From positions 1 to 45,553 of the forward strand of contig CAMZGX010000001.1 of the NCBI GenBank assembly GCA_947306585.1: DNA of 45,553 bases, written 5' to 3'. Shown here piece by piece: positions 18,071-28,248 of the stretch. Under the pieces are notes generated by a model. The model did not search any database and was not told the origin of the DNA. It worked only from the letters and a program-made list of their open reading frames with translations. The position numbers were made by a program, and so were the translations under genes. Each line of letters opens with the position of its first letter. The stretch's first letter is position 1. The DNA is from an uncultured Candidatus Saccharibacteria bacterium (GTDB lineage Bacteria; Patescibacteriota; Saccharimonadia; Saccharimonadales; Saccharimonadaceae).

Positions 18071-18730
18071 ATGAAAACAACCAATACAAATAAGAAGGGT
18101 TTCACGATCATTGAGGTCGTCCTCGTGCTTGCAATTGCAGGTCTCATCTTCATGATGGTCTTCATCGCACTTCCAGCACTTCAGCGTTCACAGCGTGATA
18201 CACAGCGTTCAAACGATATCGCTCGTGTTCAAACCGCTCTTAACCAATATCAAGCTAACAACCGTGGTGCTATCCCATCAGTTGGTACCTATGTTGCTGG
18301 TCACGATACTCCAAACAAAAAAGTTGCTAAAACTGCAACCACAAAGTCATGGATGTACTTCTATGATAACTACCTCATCGTCGGTGAAGCAGGTGCTCAG
18401 GACGTCTTCGCTGATCCAGATGGTAGCTTCTACTCACTTTGGATCCAAAGCTGTAAGGGTGCTAAAGAACTCGCAGTTGGTGAAGAATGCCAAGCTGGCG
18501 CACAAAAGTTCAACGTAACCTTCGACGAACAGTCAACCGCAGTCAAAGAAGCATCAGTCACTGCTGATAAAGATGCTGACGGTAAAGCAGTTGGTGAAAA
18601 GGGTCACGCTATCAACGTTATTACAAACGCTACCTGCCAAGGTGAAGTTGCAACCTACTCAACTGGTGCTCGCAAAGTCGCTATCCTTTACAAGAAGGAA
18701 GGTGGTGGTACCTTCTGTCTCAACAACTAA
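18071..18730 (+). CDS. Type IV pilin (probable major pilin)
   Basis: Class III signal KKG|FTIIEVVLVLAIAGLI; QRSQRDTQR; C-terminal Cys pairs; strongly biased codons. Confidence 0.92.
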   Translation: MKTTNTNKKGFTIIEVVLVLAIAGLIFMMVFIALPALQRSQRDTQRSNDIARVQTALNQYQANNRGAIPSVGTYVAGHDTPNKKVAKTATTKSWMYFYDNYLIVGEAGAQDVFADPDGSFYSLWIQSCKGAKELAVGEECQAGAQKFNVTFDEQSTAVKEASVTADKDADGKAVGEKGHAINVITNATCQGEVATYSTGARKVAILYKKEGGGTFCLNN

Positions 18731-18748
18731 TTTCGTTGCTTGAAACTG

Positions 18749-18779
18749 AAAAATACCCCTCTAAAAGGGGGTATTTTTT
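18749..18779 (+). terminator. Intrinsic terminator after the pilin gene
   Basis: AAAAATACCCCT-ctaaa-AGGGGGTATTTTT. Confidence 0.85.
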
Positions 18780-18835
18780 GTGCTATTTTATAGCCTTTTA
18801 TGGTAAAATAAAAAGTATACTGATTTAGGAGATTT

Positions 18836-20755
18836 ATGGTTGAAAAGAAAATTAATAAAAACATGAAAAGTCTTAAGAAAAATTCATCAAACGGTGTTCG
18901 TAGCTTTTTCTTCTTTGTAATCGTTTTGCTGTTTTTCTATGCTCTCATGAACGGCGTAATTGGCAATAATGCTAATATTGAAGAAGTCGCTCTTTCTGAC
19001 GTCATCGCACGTGCAAACGACGAAAACGGTGACATTAAGAAAATTACCGTGTCCGGCAGTGATCTTTTGATTACCTTAAAAGACAAAGATCAGCCAACCC
19101 AACACTCAAGAAAAGATGCTTCAGGTACACTTTATGAGCAGGGTCTCCTTAATAACTGTGAAGGGATGACTGGCGATGAGCTTAAAGCTTGTTCTGAAAA
19201 ATATCCAGTAGTTGAATACGAAGAACCAGTTGATTATGGCGAGATCATTATGAACGTCGTCACTCTCGGTTTGCCAATCCTCGCAGTCATCATTTTCTTC
19301 TCTTACATGATGCGTCAAGCTCAATCAATGAACAAAGAGAATATGGGCTTTGGCAAAGCAAAAGCTAAACTTTATGGTCCAGACAAAAAGAAAGTTACCT
19401 TCAAAGATGTTGCTGGTAACGAAGCTGCAAAACAAGATCTCGAAGAAATTGTTGATTTCCTTAAGAATCCAAAGAAATATGAAATGCTTGGTGCAAAGAT
19501 CCCACGCGGTGTTTTGCTCGCTGGTGATCCTGGTACCGGTAAAACTTTGATGGCTCGTGCGGTTGCTGGCGAAGCCAATGTTCCATTCTTTAGTATCTCT
19601 GGTTCTGAATTCGCTGAGATGTTCGTTGGTGTCGGTGCAAGCCGCGTCCGTGACCTCTTCAGCAAGGCAAAGAAAAACGCTCCATCAATCATCTTCATCG
19701 ATGAGATCGATGCTGTTGCTCACAAGCGTGATGCTCGTGGTGGTGCTGGTCGTGAAGATGAACAGACCTTAAACCAAATTCTTGTTGAAATGGATGGCTT
19801 TGATAATGAATCTGGCGTGATCGTTATGGCTGCAACTAACCGTGTTGATATGCTCGATAAGGCATTGCTCCGTCCAGGTCGTTTTGACCGTCACGTTGAC
19901 GTTACTCTTCCTGAAAGAAAAGATCGTCTTGCAATTTTGAAGGTTCACTTCAAAAATAAACCAATCGATGACGATGTTGATCTTGATGCGCTCGCAAAGA
20001 AGACCGCTGGCTCTTCTGGTGCTGATCTTGCAAACATTGCAAACGAAGCTGCAATTACCGCTGCTCGCGAAGGTCACAAATCAATCTCTGGCAATGACGT
20101 CACTGAAGCTTTTGAGCGTGTTGCAATTGGTCCAAAACGCCAAAGCAAAGTTATGAACGAGTATGAAAAGAAACTTACTGCATACCATGAAGCTGGTCAT
20201 GCTGTAGTTGGTCATGTTCTTCCAGATTCTGACCCAGTTCACAAAGTCACAATTATTCCACGTGGCCACACTGGTGGTGTTACCTGGTTCCTCCCTCCAG
20301 AAGATAGAAGCTACAAGAATGTTTACGAACTTAAAGACGTCTTAGCTCGTGCTATGGGTGGTCGTATTGCTGAAAAACTAATCTTCGGTAAAGATGATAT
20401 CACTACTGGCGCAAGCTCGGATCTTAAAAACGTTGCAAGCCTTGCTAAAGAAATGATCGTTGAAGAAGGTATGGGTACTGAAACTCGTAACCTCGTCTTC
20501 CCAGAAGAAGCAACTGGCTATTACACTATCTCAACCGGCAAGCCTTATTCTGAAAAGACTGCTGAAACTATCGACAAGGAAATTAAACTTCTCTCTGATG
20601 AAGCTGCAAAGCGTGCAGAGCTTGTTCTTGCTGCAAACAAGGAAGTTCTCGATCGTCTCGCAAATGCTCTTCTCGAAAAAGAAACTCTCGAGGAAGAAGA
20701 CTTGCCAGAACTTCTTAAGGGAACCACTCTCCCAGAAGGGGCTAAACTCCACTAA
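18836..20755 (+). CDS. ftsH: ATP-dependent zinc metalloprotease FtsH
   Basis: 2 [30 protein letters not shown]. Confidence 0.98.
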   Translation: MVEKKINKNMKSLKKNSSNGVRSFFFFVIVLLFFYALMNGVIGNNANIEEVALSDVIARANDENGDIKKITVSGSDLLITLKDKDQPTQHSRKDASGTLYEQGLLNNCEGMTGDELKACSEKYPVVEYEEPVDYGEIIMNVVTLGLPILAVIIFFSYMMRQAQSMNKENMGFGKAKAKLYGPDKKKVTFKDVAGNEAAKQDLEEIVDFLKNPKKYEMLGAKIPRGVLLAGDPGTGKTLMARAVAGEANVPFFSISGSEFAEMFVGVGASRVRDLFSKAKKNAPSIIFIDEIDAVAHKRDARGGAGREDEQTLNQILVEMDGFDNESGVIVMAATNRVDMLDKALLRPGRFDRHVDVTLPERKDRLAILKVHFKNKPIDDDVDLDALAKKTAGSSGADLANIANEAAITAAREGHKSISGNDVTEAFERVAIGPKRQSKVMNEYEKKLTAYHEAGHAVVGHVLPDSDPVHKVTIIPRGHTGGVTWFLPPEDRSYKNVYELKDVLARAMGGRIAEKLIFGKDDITTGASSDLKNVASLAKEMIVEEGMGTETRNLVFPEEATGYYTISTGKPYSEKTAETIDKEIKLLSDEAAKRAELVLAANKEVLDRLANALLEKETLEEEDLPELLKGTTLPEGAKLH

Positions 20756-22407
20756 TGAAAAAATTCCAATTCCGCTCAGTTGTAGCGCTCGCAAACAGTA
20801 GACTTAGTATCAAATTTGCTGCTATTCTACTTTCAACTTCGACGCTCATCTCAGCTTTGCTTGGAATTTTCCGCGATCGTCTTTTGAACTCGCTTTATCT
20901 CGATACCTATCCAACCGGTATTGATGCTTATACTGCTGCCTTTACCGTGCCAGATTTCATGTTCTTCATTTTGACATCTGGCGCACTCGCAGTGTCATTT
21001 ATTCCAGTCTTCAACCAACGTTTGGCGTCTGGTAACAAAAAATCAGCTTGGGAATTATCAACCAGTATTCTCAACCTCTTCGCAATCATTACACTCATTA
21101 CTTCAGTTTTGATTATGATTTTTGCTGATCCTTTGATTCGCTACATTGTTGGTCCAGGCCTCGATGAATCTGGTACGATTCTCGCCATCAACATGATGCG
21201 CGTGATCGCTATTAACCCATTCTTATTCTCGATTGCAACTGTGCTTTCTTCAATGCAACAGGCAGTTGGACGTTTTGTATTCTACTCCCTCGCTCCAGCT
21301 CTCTATAACGTTGGTATTCTTATCGGCATCGCCGTCTTTACTAATGGCATTAATCTCTTTGGTGTCCAATTCTTTGAAGGCGGTATTATGGGTGTTGCTC
21401 TTGGCGTGGTCTTTGGCGCAGTGCTTCAGGTTATTGTTTCGCTTATCGGCTTGGTCGGACTCGGTTTTGATTACGAATTTAAGATTTATTGGAAGAACCA
21501 TGGTTTTCGCTCAGTTTTGAGACTTCTCCCAGCTCGCTCACTCGACCAGGGAATTGACTATGTTTCTGGTATCGTAAATACTAATCTTTCATCACGTATG
21601 GGTGCTGGTGCGCTTCGTTCATATCAGCAAGCAAACACTCTTCACACTATGCCAGTAAACTTGATTGGCGTAGCTATTTCGACTGCCTTCTTCCCAAAGA
21701 TGACCGAGGAAGTTGGTGAAGATAATCTCGATGAGTATAACGATACCTTTAGAAAAGCTCTCCGTATGATTGTCTGGATTTCACTTCCGGTGACAGTGAT
21801 TGCTTACTTTGCACGTGGTTACGTTGTAAACTTTATTACAAACGGTGGTGATCCAATGATTGCATCAATTCTTGGCGCACTCGTGCTTGCTATCTTTGCT
21901 CAATCTGTCTTCCATATTGCTTCACGCGGCTTCTATGCTCGTCAGGATACCAAGACGCCATTCATCGTATCAATTATTGCAATTGGTCTCTCAATCGTAC
22001 TCTCGATTGTCTTTACTACTATGGGCTTTGGTCCAGAAGGACTTGGTTGGGCACAGAGTATTGGTGCTGTGATTGAAATGTTTATCTTGCTTGGTATCTT
22101 GAATCGCCGTTCAGCAAAAAAGCTCTTTAATAAAGCCTTCTGGGCTGCTACTTGGCGTATGACTATGGCATCAGTTGTAACTGGTGTCACGGCCTATGCT
22201 ATGACTAAGTTATTCCCATTGCTTGCAACTGATAATTCATTCTTTATTACTTTCCCGAAGTTCTTGCTTATTAGCGCAGTTTCGATGCTAGTTTACTTTG
22301 CTGCTAGCTATCTAATGGACCTCGAAGAAGTTACTCCAATTTTTAACTGGGTAAACAAGGCTCTATTTAGGAACGTAACAGAGAAGAAGACCGACAAGAA
22401 AGACTAA
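20755..22407 (+). CDS. murJ: Lipid II flippase MurJ/MviN
   Basis: LLGIFRDRL, AFTVPD, FIPVF, FYARQDTKTP; TAATG overlap with ftsH. Confidence 0.93.
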   Translation: MKKFQFRSVVALANSRLSIKFAAILLSTSTLISALLGIFRDRLLNSLYLDTYPTGIDAYTAAFTVPDFMFFILTSGALAVSFIPVFNQRLASGNKKSAWELSTSILNLFAIITLITSVLIMIFADPLIRYIVGPGLDESGTILAINMMRVIAINPFLFSIATVLSSMQQAVGRFVFYSLAPALYNVGILIGIAVFTNGINLFGVQFFEGGIMGVALGVVFGAVLQVIVSLIGLVGLGFDYEFKIYWKNHGFRSVLRLLPARSLDQGIDYVSGIVNTNLSSRMGAGALRSYQQANTLHTMPVNLIGVAISTAFFPKMTEEVGEDNLDEYNDTFRKALRMIVWISLPVTVIAYFARGYVVNFITNGGDPMIASILGALVLAIFAQSVFHIASRGFYARQDTKTPFIVSIIAIGLSIVLSIVFTTMGFGPEGLGWAQSIGAVIEMFILLGILNRRSAKKLFNKAFWAATWRMTMASVVTGVTAYAMTKLFPLLATDNSFFITFPKFLLISAVSMLVYFAASYLMDLEEVTPIFNWVNKALFRNVTEKKTDKKD

Positions 22408-22466
22408 ATTGTCGCTTGAAAAAACGATTATGCTCGTGTATAATTGTTTATAGAAAAGGAGGTCAA

Positions 22467-23408
22467 GTGACGAAGAGTCATTTTAAATCATTTGTAGCTG
22501 CCTTTATTGCAGCAATAATTATTGGTATTACTGGTGTTTTTGGTGGAAATCCAGTCTATGCAGACGAGCAATTGCCTGTGCACCTTTTAGTCTCTCCAGC
22601 AAGCCATACCTTAGGTCAACTTGAACCTGGAAAATCATATGAGAGCACCTTTATTGTAAAAAATATTGGAACAGAAAAAATTTCTTTCAATGTTTATCCA
22701 GCTCCTTATTATGAGGATGGTGAAAATGGTGACAAAACTTACGATGTCATGAATAACTACACTCACCTTTCTGAGTGGATTACTTTTGATATTAACGAAG
22801 GAACTCTTGAGCCAAATGAGACTCGCAAAGTAACCTATCGCGTGAAGGTTCCAACTGGAACTGCCGGTGGCGCACAAAACGCTGCGATTATGGTTGAGTC
22901 AAATGATGCTATTGATGAAACGAAAGTAGTTTCAGCATCATCACGTATTGCACTCATTCTTTTCTCTCAAGTTTCTGGTGAAACTAATGCCTGTGGTAAG
23001 ATCCTTGATAAAAACATCCCAGGCCTATTGTTGAACCCACCTATTATCGCATCTGGTCGTGTTGAGAACTGTGGTAACGTCGACTTAAATGTTAAGTATG
23101 CTATGAGCGTTTACCCAATTTTCTCAGACGAAGAAATTTATACTAACGAAGAAGATCCATTAGTTCTTGCAACTCTTCCAGAAACTCGTCGCTTCACTAG
23201 TGTCGATTGGGAGGGAACACCAAGCTTTGGTCTTTTTAAGGTTAAACTTGATATTACTTATGCCGGAAATACTGAAACGATTGAAAAGATCGTTCTCGTC
23301 TGTCCTCTATGGCTAATTGTTCTTATTATTGTCTTTGTAGGAGCTATGGTATTTTGGCTCGTATCAAAGAACCGCGAACGTAAAAATTCTAAGAAAGTAG
23401 TGGAGTAA
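22467..23408 (+). CDS. DUF916/DUF3324-like (WxL-interacting, chaperone-like fold) surface protein
   Basis: SD AGGAGG plus GTG 22467; signal peptide ..VYA|D; VSP, VKNIG, SEWI, VP...GGAQNAAI, ENCGNV; C-terminal TM and basic tail. Confidence 0.7.
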   Translation: MTKSHFKSFVAAFIAAIIIGITGVFGGNPVYADEQLPVHLLVSPASHTLGQLEPGKSYESTFIVKNIGTEKISFNVYPAPYYEDGENGDKTYDVMNNYTHLSEWITFDINEGTLEPNETRKVTYRVKVPTGTAGGAQNAAIMVESNDAIDETKVVSASSRIALILFSQVSGETNACGKILDKNIPGLLLNPPIIASGRVENCGNVDLNVKYAMSVYPIFSDEEIYTNEEDPLVLATLPETRRFTSVDWEGTPSFGLFKVKLDITYAGNTETIEKIVLVCPLWLIVLIIVFVGAMVFWLVSKNRERKNSKKVVE

Positions 23409-23412
23409 AAAA

Positions 23413-24381
23413 ATGAAGAATACTATTAGAAATATTATCGCAGCAATAGCATTTATTACGGCGAGCTTTCTCCCAGCAGTAAACGTTTTTGCTGAAGGAG
23501 AAAAACCAGATGTCTGGCTTCAAATCTCACCAGTTGCAAACCGCGTGACTTTGAACCCAAGCACAGAATTTACTGACAAAATGGAAGTTGATAATATCGG
23601 CGGAAAAAAATTTAAATTCCGCGTCTATGCAACTCCATACTCAATCGCAAACGAAGCTTACGAAGTAAACTTCAGTACTGAAACTAATCGTACTCAAATT
23701 TCACGTTGGATCACCTTTAACCAAAATCCATCTGCAACTAAAGACTCAGAAAAAGACTGGCAGAAAGAAGTAGTCTTTGAACTTGATCCAGATGGACGTC
23801 AGGAAATTGAATATAAAATCAATGTTCCAGATGATATTCCCGAAGGCGGCCAATATGCAACCATCTTCGCAGAATCAGTTCCTGAAGATACTGCATCATC
23901 TACTGGTGTTCGCGCAATCTCTCGCGTTGGTCTTATCCTCTATGGTTCTACCAGCGGTAACACTGTAGAAAAAGTTGAGATCTCAAATCTTAAGACTCAA
24001 TCATTCCTTACTAAAGGAAAAATTACTAGCGAAGTTGATATCAAAAATACTGGTAACACCGACTTCAATGCACTTGTAAAAATGGAAGTTGAAAAACTCA
24101 TCGGCGGTAAAGTTGCTGAGTTTGATAATCCATATCCAGTAATTCCAGATGCACCAACTCGTCACGCTGTCATTAGCTGGGAAGACACTCCGTCATTTGG
24201 TATCTTCAAAGTTAAAACCACCGTTCAAGCACTTGATCAAACTGTTGAAGAGACTAAAATTGTATTGATTCTTCCGATCTGGATCATCGTCATTATGCTT
24301 GTGCTATTGACAATCATTATTGCATGGCTTATAATCCTAGTTAGGAAGCGCCGTGCACAAAAGTCACGCCTTATCGTATAG
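23413..24381 (+). CDS. Second DUF916/DUF3324-like surface protein (paralog of 22467)
   Basis: Signal ..VFA|E; ISP, SRWI, VPDDIPEGGQYATI, NTGNTD, WEDTPSFGIFKVK; TM and basic tail. Confidence 0.7.
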   Translation: MKNTIRNIIAAIAFITASFLPAVNVFAEGEKPDVWLQISPVANRVTLNPSTEFTDKMEVDNIGGKKFKFRVYATPYSIANEAYEVNFSTETNRTQISRWITFNQNPSATKDSEKDWQKEVVFELDPDGRQEIEYKINVPDDIPEGGQYATIFAESVPEDTASSTGVRAISRVGLILYGSTSGNTVEKVEISNLKTQSFLTKGKITSEVDIKNTGNTDFNALVKMEVEKLIGGKVAEFDNPYPVIPDAPTRHAVISWEDTPSFGIFKVKTTVQALDQTVEETKIVLILPIWIIVIMLVLLTIIIAWLIILVRKRRAQKSRLIV

Positions 24382-24407
24382 CTATGATAGACTAACTTTT
24401 AGGCAGG

Positions 24408-24443
24408 AGCTCCGATTCGAAACTGCGAACTTGAATCGGAGCT
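24408..24443 (+). promoter_or_regulatory. Strong 5'-UTR hairpin downstream of TGaTAGACT (24385-24393)
   Basis: AGCTCCGATTCGA/TTGAATCGGAGCT. Confidence 0.6.
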
Positions 24444-24481
24444 TTGGCATTTCAAAATAAAAATAAAAAAGCGAGTGTGAA

Positions 24482-25402
24482 ATGAAAAAACATGCGAAAT
24501 TTTTAGCTCTCGGTGCTATTTCTGCACTTACGATGGGCGTTTTTGCTGTCTCCAAACCGGCTATGGCAGCAAATTTACTACCGCTAGATGCTACCAGGGG
24601 TACATCTGCGGATGTCACTATTAAAGTTGTTGTTGCGGGCGAAGCTCCAACAATTAACATTGAAAACCCACTTGATGGGGCTGTTTTTATCGGCAAGGAA
24701 TTTCCGGTATCAATTAGCTATACAGACTCATCATCGCTGGAATATGAACTTATTCATGTTGCCAAAGATGGCACAAAAACCACCTACAATCTTCCTACTG
24801 ATGTTATCTCGGAAGAAGGCGTTGCAACTGGCGTGAAAGATTTCATGCTTAATGTTGATAATTATGGCGGAAAATTTGGTCAGTATATCCTAAATGCTAA
24901 GGCTATCGGTTCAGGTACTGCTATAGATTCTGTTTCATTTAAGATTATTCTCTTCGACTTCTACGTAAAGGGAATTGAAGAAGATACAAATAACCCAATT
25001 ATCACTATCCCAGAAAATCCAGATGTTTATAAAGCACTCATTCAAATCTTTGATGAAGACGGTAATGCAATCTTCGACGAACCAGTCGAACAGGTATTAA
25101 CAAGTGGTGCTGATACCGATGTAACTCTTCCCTTGGCAAAATATGGTGTTCCAGAAGGAACTTATCGTATCCTCGCTACTCCATATGACAAAGATGGCAA
25201 CATCATTGATCTTAATGTTGAGCGAACTGTAAAATATAAACCAGCACCAGCTCCAGAAGTTCCAGATACTGGTGGATTCTTAGGCTCACTTAACCTTTCT
25301 CGTCAAGATATGGTTTCAACCGGCTTAGCTCTCCTCTTTGTCTGTGGTTTCTTCGGCATCCTCTTGATTGTCAGAAAAAATAAAGCCGACAAACGTCGCT
25401 AA
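24482..25402 (+). CDS. Secreted Ig-like protein with C-terminal VPDTG-TM-basic sorting-like signal
   Basis: Signal ..PAMA|A; beta-rich body; PAPAPEVPDTG, hydrophobic helix, RKNKADKRR. Confidence 0.8.
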   Translation: MKKHAKFLALGAISALTMGVFAVSKPAMAANLLPLDATRGTSADVTIKVVVAGEAPTINIENPLDGAVFIGKEFPVSISYTDSSSLEYELIHVAKDGTKTTYNLPTDVISEEGVATGVKDFMLNVDNYGGKFGQYILNAKAIGSGTAIDSVSFKIILFDFYVKGIEEDTNNPIITIPENPDVYKALIQIFDEDGNAIFDEPVEQVLTSGADTDVTLPLAKYGVPEGTYRILATPYDKDGNIIDLNVERTVKYKPAPAPEVPDTGGFLGSLNLSRQDMVSTGLALLFVCGFFGILLIVRKNKADKRR

Positions 25403-25425
25403 TTAGATTAAAAATCACTCGCTTT

Positions 25426-25457
25426 AAAAAAGGCACCTAGTTTTGAGGTGCCTTTTT
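25426..25457. terminator. Bidirectional terminator
   Basis: AAAAAGGCACCT-agttttg-AGGTGCCTTTTT between convergent genes. Confidence 0.85.
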
Positions 25458-25458
25458 A

Positions 25459-25683
25459 TTAGATTGTGACAATAAGGATAAGAGAAATAAGTGCAAGTCC
25501 GACGAGTACGAACCATATCCAAGTGAACTTACCAGTCTTCTTGAGGTCTTTGACATAGTCTGCATCCTCAACGTAATCTGGATCATCCATCTCCTCCATC
25601 TTTGCACGTGTTCTAAGGTCGGCCGCAATACGGTCGTTTAGGTCACTTTTCTTCTCTGTCTCTTTATGAACAATCACGCCCAT
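25459..25683 (-). CDS. Small tail-anchored membrane protein
   Basis: SD GGAGG; C-terminal hydrophobic helix. Confidence 0.75.
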   Translation of the reverse strand: MGVIVHKETEKKSDLNDRIAADLRTRAKMEEMDDPDYVEDADYVKDLKKTGKFTWIWFVLVGLALISLILIVTI

Positions 25684-25776
25684 AGTGTACCTCCAATTTT
25701 CTTATGCTAAAAACAATTATTTATATTTTATCATAGATTGTGCTATAATGAAATTAATATTACTTAAGGAGGTAAA

Positions 25777-26691
25777 ATGGCTAACACAAAGTCAAAGAAG
25801 ACGACCAAAAAATCGACTTCAAAAGCCAAAGCTGTTGCAACCAAATCAGTAAAGACAGCAAAAGCAGAAACAGCTAAAACCGTTACTACAACGGCTACCG
25901 CCATCGCTTCTAAAGGTGGAAATCCTTTCAAAGGTTTCTTCAAAAAGAAGTATAATGATGACGAAAACATTTTAACAATCTTTAAAAACCCAAGAATCTG
26001 GGGTGCACTCGCTGGCGAGCTCGTCGGTACTATGCTTCTCATGGTTCTTTTGCTCACCCTTGGTGTATACCAACCACTTTACATCTTGATCGGTGTAATT
26101 GGCATCACTATGGCAGTTTATGCTCTTTCTGGTGCACACCTTAACCCAGCAATCACTGTAGGTATGATGGCATCACGCCGCGTTTCAGCAATCCGTGGTG
26201 TTCTCTACATCGTTGCACAGGTTATCGGTGCTTGGATCGGTGTTATCATTATGAGCGGCTTCCGCTCACTCGGTGAGGATGCAGTTGATCTTCCAACCAT
26301 CACCGCTCTTACTGATGAAACTCTCTGGAAAAACATTTTCGTTGAGCTTCTCGGTGCTGGTGTTATCGGCTTCTTCTTCTGCCGCGCACAAAGCTACAGA
26401 ACCGCAAAAGGTGCATTCACCTATGCAGCTCTCGTTGCAGGTGGTTTAACACTTGCTATTCTCTTCAGCGTAGTTATCTCATCACAATATGTTGGTCTCA
26501 ACAATAACTTCGCATTAAACCCAGCAGCAGCTCTTATGGAACAAATCTTCCCAACAGTTTCAGACAACTTTGGTGAACTTATGGGTGACGTTGCTAAAGC
26601 AGCTCTCACTTACATCATCGTTCCTATGCTTGGCTCAGTACTTGGCTTCGCACTTGCTGATGCTTCAAAGAAGCTCGCTGGTGAAGAATAA
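25777..26691 (+). CDS. MIP/aquaporin-family channel with K/T/A-rich N-terminal extension
   Basis: SGAHLNPA and ALNPA motifs; 6 TM; SD AAGGAGG. Confidence 0.9.
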   Translation: MANTKSKKTTKKSTSKAKAVATKSVKTAKAETAKTVTTTATAIASKGGNPFKGFFKKKYNDDENILTIFKNPRIWGALAGELVGTMLLMVLLLTLGVYQPLYILIGVIGITMAVYALSGAHLNPAITVGMMASRRVSAIRGVLYIVAQVIGAWIGVIIMSGFRSLGEDAVDLPTITALTDETLWKNIFVELLGAGVIGFFFCRAQSYRTAKGAFTYAALVAGGLTLAILFSVVISSQYVGLNNNFALNPAAALMEQIFPTVSDNFGELMGDVAKAALTYIIVPMLGSVLGFALADASKKLAGEE

Positions 26692-26721
26692 TTATCATTC
26701 TTAAAACCTAGAAATTAAAGG

Positions 26722-26755
26722 AAATGTTCTCCAGCTATCTGGAGGACATTTTTTT
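26722..26755 (+). terminator. Intrinsic terminator
   Basis: AAATGTTCTCCAG-ctat-CTGGAGGACATTT followed by a T-run. Confidence 0.8.
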
Positions 26756-26797
26756 GAATTTGCAAAAAATAAAGATAAGCTTTATAATAATTGTATT

Positions 26798-28108
26798 ATG
26801 GATCCAAATACAAATACTGAAGAAAACCCTGCAACAACTGTCGCAAACGCAGCAATGAGTGGCGCTGCTCCTGTTGTTACGACGACAGATCCAAACGCAA
26901 TTGACGTAAATCCAGAGCCAACTTTGCAAGCTCCAGTGCTTGATCCAAGTGCACTCGGAATAACTCCAGAGGCACCAGCAGCTGCTGCTAATGGTTCAGT
27001 TACGATTGCTCCTAGCGCTGATTTTCAAATGGGTGCAGTATCGACTGTCTCAGCTGTTCAGAATGGTTCTGACGGCAATTTAGCTGCAAGTGCTGATACT
27101 ATGGTCGGTCAAACTGACGAACTCGAAAGTAGCCTCGATAATGCAACAATCGATCAGTTAAAAAACACTGATCTTGATTCTAGTGAAGAGAAAAACCCTA
27201 GTACAGCTGTAGACTTTAATGACCCACAAGCTGCTGCTGCCGCTGAAGCTGCTGCTAAAACTTCAAAAGATGAAGAAGATGATGACGATGAGCCACTCGT
27301 AGCTGCAAAGCCAGTTCCTGGTTCAATCGGCTCAGCAAAATCATACTCTGATATTCAACGCGCTGAAGCTGAGAAAGCTGCTAAAGTTGCTGCAAGATTA
27401 GAGCGAAAGGGCAAGATGGATAAAAAGACCCTTATTGCTATCATTGCAGGCGCTGTAGTCGCCGTAATTGGCATTGGTGTCGGTGCATTTGTCTTAATGT
27501 CTGGTAATGGTCAGGAGCAGGCTCAGGTTTTGCCTACTCCTACTACCTATCCAGATGATGGCGATCATGAATATTCAACTTTAGCTTGTGCTCGTATTCT
27601 TGCACCTGAGGAATATGCTTCATATGGTGCTATTTCTGGTGAACAGGAAAATATCTTCTATTTTCAAGACGATGAGCTAAATGGCCTTGTGACAAACTTT
27701 AGTTATACCTACGCTAGCAAGGCTCTTTCGGATGTCTGGCGCGATAAGCTCGCAGCTGACTATGGAGTTACTCCAAATGACGGCGTAAGTGAAGATGACG
27801 CAATCGTAGAGAGTGAAGAAGAGGAAGAAGAGTCCGAAGAAAAGAAGACTACTACAGAAATGCTCGTTCATTATGTCAATACTAAGGATCTCACCGTTAC
27901 TCACGGCATGATGATTAAGTCCGTCGACATTAAAGATTGGCTTGAATCTGATGCTTATAGTGACGTTACATATGGCGCAACCTCAAATGGAGCATCTACT
28001 TCATCTGATGACGAAGAACCAACTGACGATATAACTAGAAATCTCGATTATTATAATCGCCTTCAAAATAGCATCGGTTATACCTGTAACATTAGCAAGG
28101 GATACTAA
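26798..28108 (+). CDS. Acidic low-complexity bitopic membrane protein
   Basis: P/A/D-rich N-terminus, single TM, extracellular domain with a Cys pair. Confidence 0.8.
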   Translation: MDPNTNTEENPATTVANAAMSGAAPVVTTTDPNAIDVNPEPTLQAPVLDPSALGITPEAPAAAANGSVTIAPSADFQMGAVSTVSAVQNGSDGNLAASADTMVGQTDELESSLDNATIDQLKNTDLDSSEEKNPSTAVDFNDPQAAAAAEAAAKTSKDEEDDDDEPLVAAKPVPGSIGSAKSYSDIQRAEAEKAAKVAARLERKGKMDKKTLIAIIAGAVVAVIGIGVGAFVLMSGNGQEQAQVLPTPTTYPDDGDHEYSTLACARILAPEEYASYGAISGEQENIFYFQDDELNGLVTNFSYTYASKALSDVWRDKLAADYGVTPNDGVSEDDAIVESEEEEEESEEKKTTTEMLVHYVNTKDLTVTHGMMIKSVDIKDWLESDAYSDVTYGATSNGASTSSDDEEPTDDITRNLDYYNRLQNSIGYTCNISKGY

Positions 28109-28111
28109 AGA

Positions 28112-28142
28112 AAAAATAGACCATTCTTAGGGCTATTTTTTT
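28112..28142 (+). terminator. Probable terminator
   Basis: AAAAATAG...CTATTTTT hairpin followed by a T-run. Confidence 0.6.
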
Positions 28143-28248
28143 GTGCTTTTTTGAAAAAATAAAAACTAAAAATTATAAAAAACAAGTCTTTATTTTTAAA
28201 CATTAGTATTTTAAAATTAAACATAAGTAAGAAGGAGGCATTTTTTAT

